64,000 nucleotides of DNA from Mobula hypostoma (lineage: Eukaryota), in contig NC_086097.1 of assembly GCF_963921235.1 (NCBI RefSeq), positions 96,350,001-96,414,000 on the forward strand. The letters run 5' to 3'. The position numbers were made by a program, and so were the translations under genes. The notes under the pieces are model-generated. The model was not told the origin of the DNA, did no database searches, and saw nothing but the letters and a program-made list of their open reading frames with translations. Shown piece by piece: positions 1-12,839 of the stretch (position 1 is the first letter of the stretch; every line of letters starts with the position of its first letter).

Positions 1-943
1 GGAAGGCATTGTGAATAACATCAGCAAGTTTGCTGATGATACTAAGCTGGGTGGCAGTGTGACATGTGATGAGGATGTTAGGAGAATTCAAGGTGACTTG
101 GATAGGCTGGGTGAGTGGGCAGAAACTTGGCAGATGGCGTTTAATGTGAATAAATGTGAGGTTATTCACCTTGGAAGCAAGAACAGGAAGGCAGATTATT
201 ATCTGAACGGTGTGGAGTTAGGTAAGGGTGAAATACAAAGAGATCTAGGAGTACTTGTTCATCAGTCTCTGAGGGTGAATGAGCAAGTGCAGCAGGCAGT
301 GAAGAAGGCTAATGGAATGTTGGCCTTTATTACAAAGGGAATTGAGTACAAGAGCAAGGAAATCCTTTTGCATTTGTACAGGGCCCTGGCGAGACCACAC
401 CTGGAGTATTGTGTGCAGTTTTGGTCTCCAGGATTAAGGAAGGACATCCTGGCAGTGGAGGAGGTGCAGCATAGGTTCACTAGGTTAATTCCTGGGTTGT
501 CCGGACTGTCTTATGCAAAGAGGTTAGAGAGACTGGGCTTGTACACGCTGGAATTAAGGAGATTGAGGGGGGATCTGATTGAGACATATAAGATTATTAA
601 GGGATTGGACAAGATAGAGGCAGGAAATATGTTCCAGATGCTGGGAGAGGGCATGGTTTAAGAATAAGGGGTAGGTCATTTAGGACAGAGTTGAGGAGGA
701 ACTTCTTCTCCCAGAGAGTTGTGGAGGTGTGGAACGTGCTACCTCAGAAGGCAGTGGAGGCCAATTCTCTGGATGCTTTCAAGAAGGAGCTAGATAGGTA
801 TCTTATGGATAGGGGAATCAAGGGTTATGGGGACAAGGCAGGAACCGAGTATTGATAGTAGATGATCAGCCATGATCTCAGAATGGCGGTGCAGGCTTGA
901 AGGGCCAAATAGTCTACTTCTGCACCTATTGTTTACTGTCTAT
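1..943 (+). mobile_element. CR1-clade LINE, 3' end (RT C-terminus, 3' UTR and tail); runs off the window's left edge
   Basis: ORF 11..661 has [12 protein letters not shown]...WQMAFNVNKCEVIHLG and LYRALARPHLEYCVQFWSP. It ends in the CR1-type 3' UTR ...GGCTTGAAGGGCCAAATAGTCTACTTCTGCACCTATTGTTTACTGTCTA. Confidence 0.93.
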
Positions 944-1228
944 CATTACATCGCGGATCTTAAACTCTATCCCTCGACTTATGAAAGCTAACACCCCATA
1001 AGCTTTCTTAACTACCCTATCTTCCTGTGAGGCAACTTTCAGGGATCTGTGGACATGTACCCCCAGATCCCTCTGCTCCTCCACACTACCAAGTATCCTG
1101 CCATTTACTTTGTACTCTGCTTTGGAGTTTGTCCTTCCAAAGTGTACCACCTCACACTTCTCCGAGTTGAACTCCATCTGCCACTTCTCAGCCCACTTCT
1201 GCATCCTATCAATATCTCGCTGCAATCA

Positions 1229-2866
1229 TCAACAATCCTCTACACTATCTACAACACCGCCAACCTTTGTGTCATCTGCAAACTTGCGAACCCACCCTTC
1301 TATCCCCACATCTGGGTCGTCAATAAAAATCACGAAAAGTAGAGGTCCCAGAACAGATCCTTGTGGGACACTACTAGCCACAACCCTCCAATCTGAATGT
1401 ACTCCCTCCACCACGACCCTCTGCTTTCTGCAGGCAAGCCAATTCTGAATCCACCTGGCCAAACTTCCCTGGATCCCATGTCTTTTGACTTTCTGAATAA
1501 GCCTACCATGTGGAACCTTGTCAAATGCCTTACTAAAATCCATATAGATCACATCCACTGCACTACTCTCATCTATATGCCTGGTCACCTCCTCAAAGAA
1601 CTCTATCAGGCTTGTTAGACACGATCTGCCCTTCACAAAGCCATGCTGACTGTCCCTGATCAGACCATGATTCTCTAAATGCACAGAGATCCTATCTCTA
1701 AGAATCTTTTCCAACAGCTTTCCCACCACAGACGTAAGGCTCACTGGTCTATAATTACCCGGACTATCCCTATTAACATTTTTGAACAAGGGGACAACAT
1801 TCGCCTCCCTCCAATCCTCCGGTACCATTCCCGTGGACAAAGAGGACATAAAGATCCTAGCCAGAGGCTCAGCAATCTCTTCTCTTGCCTCGTGGAGCAG
1901 CCTGGGGAATATTCCGTCAGGTCCCGGGGACTTATCTGTCTTAATGTATTTTAACAACTCCAACACCTCCTCTCCCTTAGTATCAACATGCTCCAGAACA
2001 TCAACCTCACTCATATTGTCCTCACCGTCATCAAGTTCCCTCTCATTGGTGAATACTGAAGAGAAGTATTCATTGAGAACCTTGCTCACTTCCACAGCCT
2101 CCAGGCACATCTTCCCACCTTTATCTCTAATCGGTCCTACCTTCACTCCTGTCATCCTTTTTTTCTTCACATAATTGAAGAATGCCTTGGGATTTTCCTT
2201 TACCCTACTCGCCAAGGCCTTCTCATGCTTCTTTCTTGCTCTTCTCAGCCCTTTCTTAAGCTCCTTTCTTGCTTCCCTATATTCCTCAATAGACCCATCT
2301 GATCCCTGCTTCCTAGACCTCATGTATGCTGCCTTCTTCCACCTGACTAGATTTTCCACCTCACTTGTCACCCATGGTTCCTTCACCCTACCATTCTTTA
2401 TCTTCCTCACTGGGACAAATTTATCCCTAACATCCTGCAAGAGATCTCTAAACATCGACCACACGTCCATAGTACATTTCCCTGCAAAAACATCATCCCA
2501 ATTCACACCCGCAAGTTCTAGCCTTATAGCCTCATAATTTGCCCTTCCCCAGTTAAAAATTTTCCTGTTCTCTCTGATTCTATCCTTTTCCATGATAATG
2601 CTAAAGGCCAGGGAGCAGTGGTCACTGTCCCCCAGATGCTCACCCACTGAGAGATCTGTGACCTGACCCGGTTCATTACCTAGTACTAGATCTAGTATGG
2701 CATTCCCCCTGGTCGGCCTGTCCACATACTGTGACAGGAATCTGTCCTGGACACACTTAACAAACTCTGCCCCATCTAAACCCTTGGAACTAACCAAATG
2801 CCAATCAATCTTAGGGAAGTTAAAGTCACCCATGATAACAACCCTGTTATTTTTGCACCCTTCCAA
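1229..2866 (-). pseudogene. CR1 ORF2 fragment: APE endonuclease C-half, tether and reverse transcriptase
   Basis: 545-aa ORF with EN motifs (MGDFNFP, LGDSDH) and RT motifs ([25 protein letters not shown]). It is bounded by a frameshift and a stop. Confidence 0.9.
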
Positions 2867-3299
2867 AATCTGCCTCCCAAAATCTGCTCCTCTGTATCTC
2901 TGCTGCTACCAGGGGGCGTATAGAATACCCCCAATAGAGTAACTGCTCCCTTCCTGTTCCTGACTTCCACCCATACTGACTCAAAAGAGGATCCTGCTAC
3001 ATTACCCACCCTTTCTGTAGCTGTAATAGTATCCCTGACCAGTAATGCCACCCCCCTCCCCTTTTTCCGCTCTCTCTATCCCTTTTAAAGCACTGAAATC
3101 CAGGAATGTTGAGAATCCTTTCCTGCCCTGGTGCCAGCCAAGTCTCTGTAATGGCCACTACATCATAATTCCATGTATGTATCCAAGCTCTCAGTTCATC
3201 ACCTTTGTTCCTGATGCTTCTTGCATTGACCTACACACATTTCAGCCCTTCTACCTTACTGTCTTTACACCGTTTATTCTGCTTCTGTTTCCTCAAAGC

Positions 3300-4322
3300 T
3301 TCTCTATATGTTAGATCTGGCTTTACTCCATTCACTTCTTTCACTGCTCTATCGCTCTGGGTCCCATCCCCCTCGCAAATTAGTTTAAACCCTCCTGAAC
3401 CATTCCAGCGAACCTACCTGCAAGGATATTGCTCCCCCTCGAGTTCAGGTGCAACCCATCCAATCTGTACAGGTCTCACCTTCCCCAGAAGAGATCCCGA
3501 TGATCCAAAAATCCAAAACCATGCTCCCTGCACCAACTCCTCAGCCACGCATTCAACTGCCATCTCCTCCAATTCTTACCATCACTGTCACGTAGCACTG
3601 GCAGCAATCCTGAGAACGCCACCCTTGAGGTCCTGTTCTTCAACCTTCTGCCTAGTTCCCGAACTCACACTTCAGGACCTCATCCCTCTTCCTGCCTATG
3701 TCGTTGGTACCAACATGTATCCCGACGTCTGGTTGCTTTCCTTCTCGTACCAGGATGTCGTGCACCCGGTCAGAGACACCCCGGACCCTGGCACCCGGGA
3801 GGCAACAAACCATGCGGGTGTCCTTCTCATGTCCACAAAATTTCCTGTCTGCTCCCCTGACTATAGAGTCTCCAATGACAACAGCTCTCCTCTTCTCCAT
3901 CCCATGCTTCTGCACCACAGGGTCAGACTCAGTGCTGGAGGCCCTGCCACCGTGGCTCACACCCCTGGTTAGTCATCTCCACCAACAGTATTCAGGACGG
4001 TAAACTTATTATTCAGGGGAATGGCTACAGGGATGCTCTGCACTACCTGTCTGCTCACCTTCGCTTTCCCCCCTCTGACTGTCACCCAACGACCTGCTTC
4101 CGACAGCTTAGGTGTGACTACCTCCCTGTAGCTCTCATCTATGACTGCCTCATTCTCCCTTATGAGTCGAAGGTCATCCAGGTGCTGCTCCACATTCCTT
4201 ACACGGGCTTCCAGATCGCCCAGCCGTATGCACTTCTGGCAGATGTGACTCTGCGGGAGAGGGGCGTTCCTCCAAGACTGCCACATCTCACATGGGAGGC
4301 ACATCACCGTCTCAGGAGACAT
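3300..4322 (-). pseudogene. CR1 ORF1: zinc-finger/coiled-coil plus SGNH/GDSL esterase, disrupted
   Basis: MSPETVMCLPCEMW...HICQKCIRLGDLEARVRNVEQHL, then VIGDSIVRG, CLPGARV and HVGTND. The lower boundary is approximate. Confidence 0.8.
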
Positions 4323-6199
4323 TGTAAAGACTAACTGCGAGCAAGCTTGCCCTCTGCCCCTTCTTGTCAAAGCCTCTCGAAAAATGTAAAAATGTTTGAA
4401 ACAAATGATAGTGACATGTGACATTTAAGAACAATTTTAACTACAGTAGTGTTAAGCAAGGCAAGTTCAGGTATATAGGAATGTGGATAGTCAATGTACA
4501 TGTAAATAGCACGCAATTATAATGTGAAATAATCTCAAAAAATAATTTGTAAAGTTGGATATTGCTTCTTATGGTCACTTAAGATCTCGTACTCCAATAA
4601 TTCTAGGTATAGCTTTTAAAAACAGCTACAGTTAAAAAAGTAAAGGCAAGCAGTGTCACAGTACTTTAACTGACCAAAGAAGTGACTTTGACTGCCAAAA
4701 GGGAATGTGTGCTTATTTACTAGCAGACATTATAAAACTGTTTGTTAAAAGGTACCCAGTAAATAAAAATAATAATCTCCTGTCTCTCAGAGGAATACAG
4801 GTAAGTTTCTGTATCAATCTCATTCATTAGAGGTGGTTAAATTGAGTCTAGGAGTTCAGGCTCTCTCTTATTCATGGAATAACTGTGGAATGTCGGAATG
4901 CATCATTGATAGGAGAAGTTCTATCAAGTAAACTTAATGAGATGCAGCTCATTTGATTTTTCTGGTGTAGCCTGAGGAAGGAATGCTAGTCAGGAGCCCG
5001 GGAGAACTTTATTCCATGTCCCGAGTTCAGTTAAACAAGTTGGGTTTAGCATTTCATCAACCATCTGGTATATTACTAATATACCAGCTTTAAAGAAATT
5101 GACTGAACCTCTTAGCAGAATAGGCTCATTCAGTGAGGTGCCTAAGGAAACATCTTTTTTGTTGGACAAAATCAGCATTATTTACTATTACAGTTATTGC
5201 CTTGTGCTATTTACTCTTCCTTAATTTCTGCCTTTGTGATATCCCCATCACTTTTGTCTTGGTCACTTCACTCAATACTAACAGATGTGTTAACATAAGG
5301 CAAAAATGCTCAGAACTTTTCTTTGGTCTGAATAATACTGTATTTTTTTGTTTCATTATTTGGCACCTTGTATTAGCTTCGAGGGGAAATGGCTAAGCTT
5401 CCAGCAACATTGCTGTCTAACGTGGGCAATATATGTGCAATACCAGAATGAGACCCATTCTTTCACAAGGCCTCACTCAGCTAGGAGCCTCCTGCTGCTT
5501 AGTGGTGCAGCTTCATTAGTAAAGTCTCAGCAGAGCCTGGATCACTGAAAGAGGTCACCACCTGTGAGGGGCCGCCTCACCATCCAGCAGAGGGTCAGAA
5601 GATTAGCAGCTCAATGAATATCTTATGACTTGAAATAAAAATAAACACCAGCAGCATAGACAATTTAGCTCCTTACAGAAGCTGCTAAACTACTGGTACA
5701 TTGCAGGTCACCGCATTACTTCTTTTCCCATCATTATCCCTCTGATTCTTTTACCAATTAAAATTGTGTTTTCTGGTTACTGACTCTTTCTTCACTGAAT
5801 ACTGTATCTCCTTATTTATTCTAATTTAAAATCCTTTGATCAATACCAGTATGAATATCTGGTTTCTATTTCTTGTAGAATTTTTTGCTTTCTTTCCTCT
5901 CAATTGTTCCTTCCAATCCTGATATCATTCTCATCAGCTCTGTTGCAATATTCCCTTAGGCACTGGTACACAATGCATGCCTAGGAGTTACAGGCTGCTA
6001 ATGAGAATTTCCTTTCTGATCCATCATGGAGCCTCCCACAAGACAGGTATCAGTCCTTTTGCATGAAAACTCCATGACAAAATAAATATCTACAAAGCAA
6101 TAGCTCTAATGTGAATTCCTGATACAGGGTTTTGACTCTAAATGTGTCAGTACCTTCTCCCTTTTTGACCTGTTGAGCTCCTCCATTATAAAGTTTGAC

Positions 6200-6920
6200 A
6201 GCACACTAAATGTTAGAGCAACTAAGCAGGTCAGGCAGCATCTATGGAAAAAAGTACAGTTGATGTTTCAGGCTGAAACCCTTCAGCAGGACTGGAGAAA
6301 AATTGCTGAGGAGTAGATTTGAAAGGTGTGGAGAGGGGAGAGAGAAACACCAGGCGGTACGTGAAACTTGGAGGGGGACAGATGAAGCAAAGAGCTGGGA
6401 AGTTGATTGGTGAAAGAGACAGAAGGCCATGGAAGAAAGAAGAAAGGTGGAGGAGGAGCACCAGAGGGAGGTGATGGGCGGGCAAAGAGATAACATGAGA
6501 GAGGGACAAGGAGATAGGAATTGGTGAAGGCGGGGGGTGGGGGGAATGCTGTGGAGGTGTTACTGGAAGCCTGGAAATTTGAGAAATTGATGTTCATGCC
6601 ATCAGGTTGGAGGCTACCCAAATGGAATATAAGGTGTTGTTCCTCCAACCTAAGTGTGGCCTTATCCCAACAGTGAAGTGCAGGTGTAGCACTTCTTCTG
6701 CTTGCAAGGATAAGTACCAGGAGGGAGATCAGTGGGGAGGGACTAAGCCCTATAGGGAGCGATCCATGCGGAAAGCAGAAGGTGGGGGGGCGGTGGGGGG
6801 AGAGAGAAAGATGTGTATGGTGGTGGGATCCAGTTGGAGGTGGTAAAAGTTTCGGAGAATTATGTGCTGGACGTGGAGCCTGGTGGGGTGGTAGGGGATG
6901 ACAAGAAAAACCCTATCCCT
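6200..6920 (-). mobile_element. Penelope-like element fragment (GIY-YIG region, internally deleted) with 3' terminal region
   Basis: Minus-strand peptides RDRVFLVIPYHPTRLHVQHIILRNF and EEQHLIFHLGSLQPDGMNINFSNF, a pyrimidine-rich UTR, and a terminal CCAGTCCTGCTGAAGGG...GAAAC motif. Confidence 0.8.
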
Positions 6921-7750
6921 TGTCCATTCGTTCCTCCTGGCACTTATCCTTGCAAGCAGAATAAGGGCTTCACCTGCCCCTACACCTCCTCCCTCCCTAC
7001 TGTTCAGGGCCCCAAACAGTCCTTCCAGATGAGGTGACATTTCGCCTGCGAGTCTGTTGGGGTCATATACTGCATTCGGTGCTCCCGGGGTGGCCTCTTG
7101 TACGTTGGTGAGATCCGACGTAGATTGGGAGACTGCTTCGCTGAGCATCTATGCTCCATCCGCCAGAACAAGCAGGATTTCCCAGTGGCCATCTATTTTA
7201 ATTCCACTTCCCATTCCCATATGTCCATCCATGGCCACCTCCGCTATCAGGATAAGGCCACACTTAGGTTCGAGGAACAACACCTTATATTCTGTTTGGT
7301 TAGCCTCCAACCTGATGGCATGAACATTGATTTCTCAAACTTCCAGACTTCCAGTAATGCTTCCACACCCCTCCCCCCTTTACCATTTCCCATCTCCTCT
7401 TGTCCCTCTCTCATATTATCTCCTTGCCCACCCGTCGTCTTCTTCTGGTGCTCCTCCCGCTCTCTGTCTCTTCTTCTTTCTTCCATGGCCTTCTGTCTCT
7501 TTCACCCATCAACTTCCCAGCTCTTTGCTTTATTCCTCCCCCTCCACATTTCACCTATCGCCTGGAGTTTTTCCTCTCCCCTACCCCCACCTTTCAAATC
7601 TACTCCTCAGCTTTATTTCTCCAGTTCTTCTAAAGGGTTTTGGCCCGAAACATTGACTGTACTTTTTTCCACAGATGCTGCCTGGCCTGCTGAGTTCCTC
7701 CAGTGTTGTGTGTGTGTGTTGCTTAGATTTCCAGCATCTGTAGATTTACT
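6921..7750 (+). mobile_element. Penelope-like element 3' fragment (GIY-YIG endonuclease, 3' terminal region)
   Basis: GVIYCIRCSRGGLLYVGEIRRRLGDCFAEHL (GIY-YIG) and EEQHLIFCLVSLQPDGMNIDFSNF in and upstream of ORF 7098..7826. The tail reads GATGCTGCCTGGCCTGCTGAGTTCCTCCAG. Confidence 0.85.
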
Positions 7751-7784
7751 TTTTTTAAAATTAAGTTTGACAACCCACTTCAAT

Positions 7785-8215
7785 GTCAGAATCAGAGTCA
7801 GCTGCATAAATCCTGAAATGTGTTAACTTGTGGCAGCAGTACAATGCAATACATAATAACAGAAAAAAATCTGAACCTGAATATGAATATATATTTATTA
7901 AGTAGTTAAATTAAGCAAATAATGCAAAAAGACAAGAAATTTTAAAAACTAGTGAGGTAGTGTTTATGGGTTCAATGTCTATTCAGAAATTGGATGGCAA
8001 AGAGGAAGAAGCTGTTCTTGAAACTTTGAATGTATTCCTTCAGGCTTTTGTACCTCCTTCCTGATGGTAGCAATGAGAAGAGGGTATATCCTGGGCAATG
8101 GGGGTCCTTAATGATGGACACTGCCTTTTTGAGGCACCGTTCCTTGAAGATGTCCTGGATACTACGAAGGCTAGTACCCTTGGTGGAGCTGACTACTTCT
8201 ACAACTTCGCAGCTC
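7785..8215 (-). mobile_element. Rex1/Babar LINE 3' fragment
   Basis: ORF 7972..8295 reads ERCLKKAVSIIKDPHCPGYTLFSLLPSGRRYKSL...FKNSFF, the same C-terminus as the copy at 51119-51450. Confidence 0.8.
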
Positions 8216-10964
8216 ACTATGATCCTGTGGAATAGCCCGCAATTTCTTACAGGTGCAGATACATCACAGTTTTGTATGGCAACTATTCTGTCCAAGACTA
8301 CATGAAATTGTAGATTGTTACTTTGTCAACTGGACCAACAAAGGCTAAAAATAATTTTAGTGCCGGAACTACATCAATCCTGAACATATGGATATTAGCG
8401 ATGCAAGACTAACAAACTTTACAGGCTACATTTTTTTTCTTATTAATACTTAACGTACATATAATTACCTGCACTGTTTCAACACTCACGGTACCATAAG
8501 AAAATGTATCCAGTTATTTTAAGGAAATTATGGGAAATTGTGCACCAATAAGTTTAAAGGGAATTTAAGAAACAGAACCAGACATGGAACTTGGGCTAAC
8601 GTTCCATAGGGAGTACTGAAACCAGAACCCCAGTGTGTGAAAGGGAGCATTGGCAGGGGCCTTGCTGTGTGAAAGAAAGCATGGAAGCCAGAAACCTGGT
8701 GTTTTAGAGACAGCCCAGGAACTGGGGTATCAGTATGCTCGAGGCAACTCAAGGAAATGTGACCTTGAAGGGTATTATAGGCAACATGACAACCAAGACC
8801 CTAGATTGAGAAGGAGTGTGGGACCTGGTGCCAAAATGTTAAAGAGTTCAGGAACTGATGTCCTGTTGTCTTAATGGGTGCATGGGAATTAGTGTTCTGG
8901 TAGTGTTAGATAGAACACCCAGTAAGTAAGATGCCAAAACATAGTTGAGAACTGAATTTTAAAAGCATTACTGTCAGCAGTGTTATCAAATAGAAAACCA
9001 TATCATCATTCCCTGCATTTTAAATAAGGAAATTATTATTGGTGTTTTGACATTTGGCAATAATGGGAACAGAAATATTAAGAAATTCCTGTAATTTTTG
9101 TCTATGCAAGTGATTGAAAGTATCACCATCTCATTAAATAAAGTTAACATGTTTTCATATACATGGCACTCAGAAGTGATTTAGTTTGTTAATCATCCCT
9201 CCCCAGTCATTATGTTATACATCACTGTACAAAATATTATGGCCAGATTTAGCCATATTAGATAACCAGCATTAGCAAGTGAGGTGTAGAGGAGACTGCT
9301 CTTGCTTTTATACTCCACGCTTCTATTTATAAAGTGGAGGACCTTTAAAGCATTTCAGCAGCTTTGCCCAATGTCCTAAAAATTTCAAAGACTTATATAT
9401 TCACTGAATCTAAATACCCAAGGAAATCTGATTGTGCACCTCACATAACATTACAGTTATCCTCATATTTTTCACATAACATGGATTATTTAACAATCTT
9501 CTGTCACTGCCTGTCCATGCAAGAGTTATGTTCAAGGTCATCAATCCATAATCAGATGGACAGACCTGTTGGGTATTCCACAGAGTTCAAGTTCTTTGCT
9601 GTTGTTCATATAATTGTCTTCATTAATCTATTAACTAAATCATATTTTCTGCAACTTTTTACAACGGTAACCCTGACCTCCGTCTATCGGAGATGTTCTC
9701 TTTGTTCTATCCACTCCTCCCTCAGTATTTCTGCAACTTGAAATTAATTGCCGTTTTTTTTCCCAGTTCTGAAGAGTTTCCAACCAGAAAAGTAACTCTT
9801 GTTTTCTTCCTAAGATGATGGTCTAGCTTGCTGGGTGTTTCCATCATTTTCTTTATTTGATTTTCAGACTTTAATTAAACTTTTTATTTTACCACATACC
9901 AATTAATATTGTCCAGATTATTGCTTCTGAAAGTTTTACTGCCACTGACATTAAACTGCACAGTTTAATCTGCATATTTTAAATGTACACCATTATTGGT
10001 TGTTCAGTTCACTGGCTTCAACTGAACATCTGAGATTTAGAAGATTGTGGCAGGAGTTTTGGCACTTTTATTCCTTAGGATGCATCACAAACAGAGAGGG
10101 AAATTACTTTTTTTTGAACATTATCAATATCTTTTAAGAAATCTTCCTATTCTATTTTCATTTTTTCCAGCTTTCTGCTAAGTTTTCTTTTATAAGGCAT
10201 TGCAGCGTATTCTTTAGTGAAGGCAGATTATTATATAAATATTTAGAATATCGGCCAAGTTCAGTACCACAAGGTAGTCCTCTTATTGGTCTCTAATTGA
10301 CTTCAAACTACTTCTTTCTATAAATTAATGAAGTATTTTTGTTTTCCTCTTTAGGTAACTGATTGATATATTCTCACATTTATTTTATCTCTTATTTCCT
10401 TTTTCTCTCTGTATTTTTATATCCAGATTATTTTCCATGTCTTTAATATACCTGACATTTAACATAATTGTGATGTTTAACTTTTAATTTTTCCACCATT
10501 AGATATCCAGACAATTTTAGGTTTGGAGATGCCTCACTTCATACCCCCTCTGCCTCCCCCCCACCACCCGTGGGAAAATCTAGTTGGTAACTGAACTCTC
10601 ACTGCTCTTTGAAGTCCTCCCATAGTTCACTTATTTTTTTTTTCCTGACAGTGTTTGAATCCCATCCAGCTGGACCAGATTCTTTATTTAGTCCCTAAAA
10701 TAAGCTCTGCTACATTTTTAACATCTGATTTTTCTGCAATAAAAGAAGAATATGTTGGAAATACTCAGAACATCAGGCAGGATCAAGAAAGAGAGAAACG
10801 GATTAAAGCTTAAATGTCTTTTCAACAGAACCTTCCCTTTTCTATTAAAATTCTGAAACTAATGGCAAAGTTCTCCTTACTTCACCAAAGTTCCTCCACT
10901 ACAACATAATTAACTTGCCCACTTCATTCACTAGCATTAGACAAGGCACTGTTTCCTACCTTAC

Positions 10965-11410
10965 TTGTATGGCCCTCTGTTGGTTGAGACCCACCATGGA
11001 TGTTGTGTCCTAGTTATCTATGTAGTTGGTTCAGCACCATTTGTAGCTGACAAAACCAGAGTGAGAGTGGCAGTCTCTGTTGCAAAGATTGCATCTATAG
11101 GTAGTTTCAGCTCTACTGAAGATACTGTGTTCCTTTCCATGGGCCCATTTGCCTTCTTCAAATTTTCAGAAGTTCTTTCTTGTCTAACTTAAGCTGTAAT
11201 TTCAGGGTGCTTCTTCACCTGGTATGGTCAGCTGCAAGTTCCTCACAGGATTCAATGTTGATGTCCAGCTCCTTCATGACCTCACTAAGCTAGAAATATA
11301 CTGACCTAGTATCTCCATCAGATATTCTGCCCCAAGTAGGCTGTACTTGGCTTGAGTTCAGCAGTTAATGCCCCTCCAAAATCCCAAGGACAATCTTCTA
11401 CTCTAGCACA
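10965..11410 (-). mobile_element. Degenerate RTE-clade LINE 3' fragment
   Basis: Reverse strand of ~11190-11290 reads EVMKELDINIESCEELAADHTR*RSTL, resembling the RTE C-terminal 'WE.LA.DR..WR' motif. Confidence 0.5.
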
Positions 11411-11429
11411 TAGAGTAGTGAGTAAGCAC

Positions 11430-12025
11430 TATAAACACAGGAGATTCTGCAGATGCTGCAAATCTTGAGCAAAATACAAAAGAAGTGCTGGACAAACTCA
11501 GCAAATAAGGCAGCATGATGGAAAGCAATAGACACTCAACACTTTGCACTGAGACCCTTCATCCGGACTGGAAAGTAAGGGGACAGATGCCAGAACAAGA
11601 AGGTTGGGGAGGGAAGGAGTGCAAGCTGGCATGTGATAGGTAAGACCAAGTGGGAGTGTGGGTGATGAAGCAAGAAGCTGGGACAGGATAGGTGGAAGAG
11701 GTGAAGGATTGAAGAAGGAATTTAATAGGAGAGAGCAGTGGACATTGGAAGAAAGGGAAGGAGGAGGGGAACCAGGTGGTGGTAGTGGGAAGGTGAAAAG
11801 AGAAGGGGCAAGAAGTAAAGAGAAAGGGAATGGAAAAAGAAAGAATGGGGAGAGTGGAATAATTACTGGAAGAAAGAAAAATCACTTTTCATGCCATCAG
11901 GTTGGAGGATATTCAGATGTAATACTGTATTAGGTGTTGCTCCTCCAACCTGAGTTTGGCCTCATCATAGTAGTAAGAGGCCATGGACAGACATGTCAGA
12001 ATGGGAATGGAAAGTCAGACTGAAA
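11430..12025 (-). mobile_element. Penelope-like element 3' fragment
   Basis: Contains TTCATGCCATCAGGTTGGAGG (QPDGM) and the terminal motif GAGACCCTTCATCCGGACTGGAAAG shared with the other PLE copies. Confidence 0.75.
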
Positions 12026-12279
12026 TGTCTGCTGCTAAAGCCAGGATCTCCTGGTGGCTAACCATGGATGTTGCCTGATATATGATACTTGCTGAGTTCC
12101 TACAGCATTTTTTGTGTGTTAGGTTAGCACCGCATTATCAGGGACATCACCACTTGGAAAAGATGTTAAATTATCTAATACCTTTTCAAGTAGTTTCATA
12201 ATGCCCAATAGGATTGGTTCAACAAGACAGTACTATAGTGATATTTTCCTTAAAGTTGTAGTTAAAATATCAGTCCGAG

Positions 12280-12445
12280 TCAGGCTATCTGGTCGTTATC
12301 ACGAGGGAAATAATTGTGCATAGATTAGCTGTTGAAGTTCTGTCATTACAAGAGTACTATTTCTCAAGTAAACTTAATTGGATGTGAAGTTAAAGTACTC
12401 TAAGATGTTCTTAAGAGACCTGAAGGGTGTTAAATATAAGTTTTT
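12280..12445 (+). mobile_element. Ancient Deu-domain SINE remnant (3' part)
   Basis: GGCTATCTGGTCGTTATCAC...TGTGCATAGATTAGCTG...CATTACAAGAG...CTTAATTGGATGTGAAG resembles the Deu domain as recalled (GATTATCTGGTCATTATCAC...TGTGCGCAAATTGGCTG...CATTACAACAG...CTTCATTGGCTGTAAAG). Confidence 0.55.
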
Positions 12446-12839
12446 TTTTCTTTTAACTCTTTAAAGACATTGTCTTAGCATATATCAGAATATTTGAATT
12501 TCCGTACTCTATAGTTCTAGCCTCTTCCATCATTTGGCTGAAAATTTGCTTCTCCATGTCGCTCCCAAATACTAGTGTTGATCAAAGGTGTAATTACAGT
12601 ACAGGAATGAAACAATACACTGAGGGTTCAAAGAATCTATTTGACTATAATTGTTTGAAATGAGAATGGCAACACGCCTACACTAAAGTACCAGCTATTA
12701 TATTAATGATATTTTGACAGCAAAACCATTCTCACTGAAATGGAACAATGCCAATGCTGCTGTATTTATATTGCAAATGCATTGTAAATCCATATCCACT
12801 CATGAGAACTGGACAAAGCCGAACACTATTTTAAAAGAA

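Larger units (their letters stand above)
944..4400 (-). mobile_element. Near-full-length CR1 LINE (ORF1 + ORF2), frameshifted; its 3' end is cut off by the + strand CR1 at 1-943
   Basis: ORF1 pieces: 3969..4424 (CxxC...CxxC, coiled coil) and 3652..3960 (AVVIGDSIVRG...VHDIL...HVGTND, SGNH esterase). ORF2 pieces: 2776..3051, 1229..2866 ([48 protein letters not shown]) and 926..1225. Confidence 0.93.

Noticed and set aside
3205..3972. 255-aa plus-strand ORF
   Set aside because: It is the antisense shadow of CR1 ORF1 and has no recognisable domain.
5584..5597. CTCF-like motif CCAGCAGAGGGTCA
   Set aside because: It mismatches at a strongly conserved C, and a single short hit in 64 kb is not enough evidence.
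6231..7826. Many overlapping S/P/L/F-rich or E/G/R-rich ORFs
   Set aside because: They arise from the stop-poor pyrimidine-rich PLE UTR. Only the GIY-YIG portion is real coding remnant.
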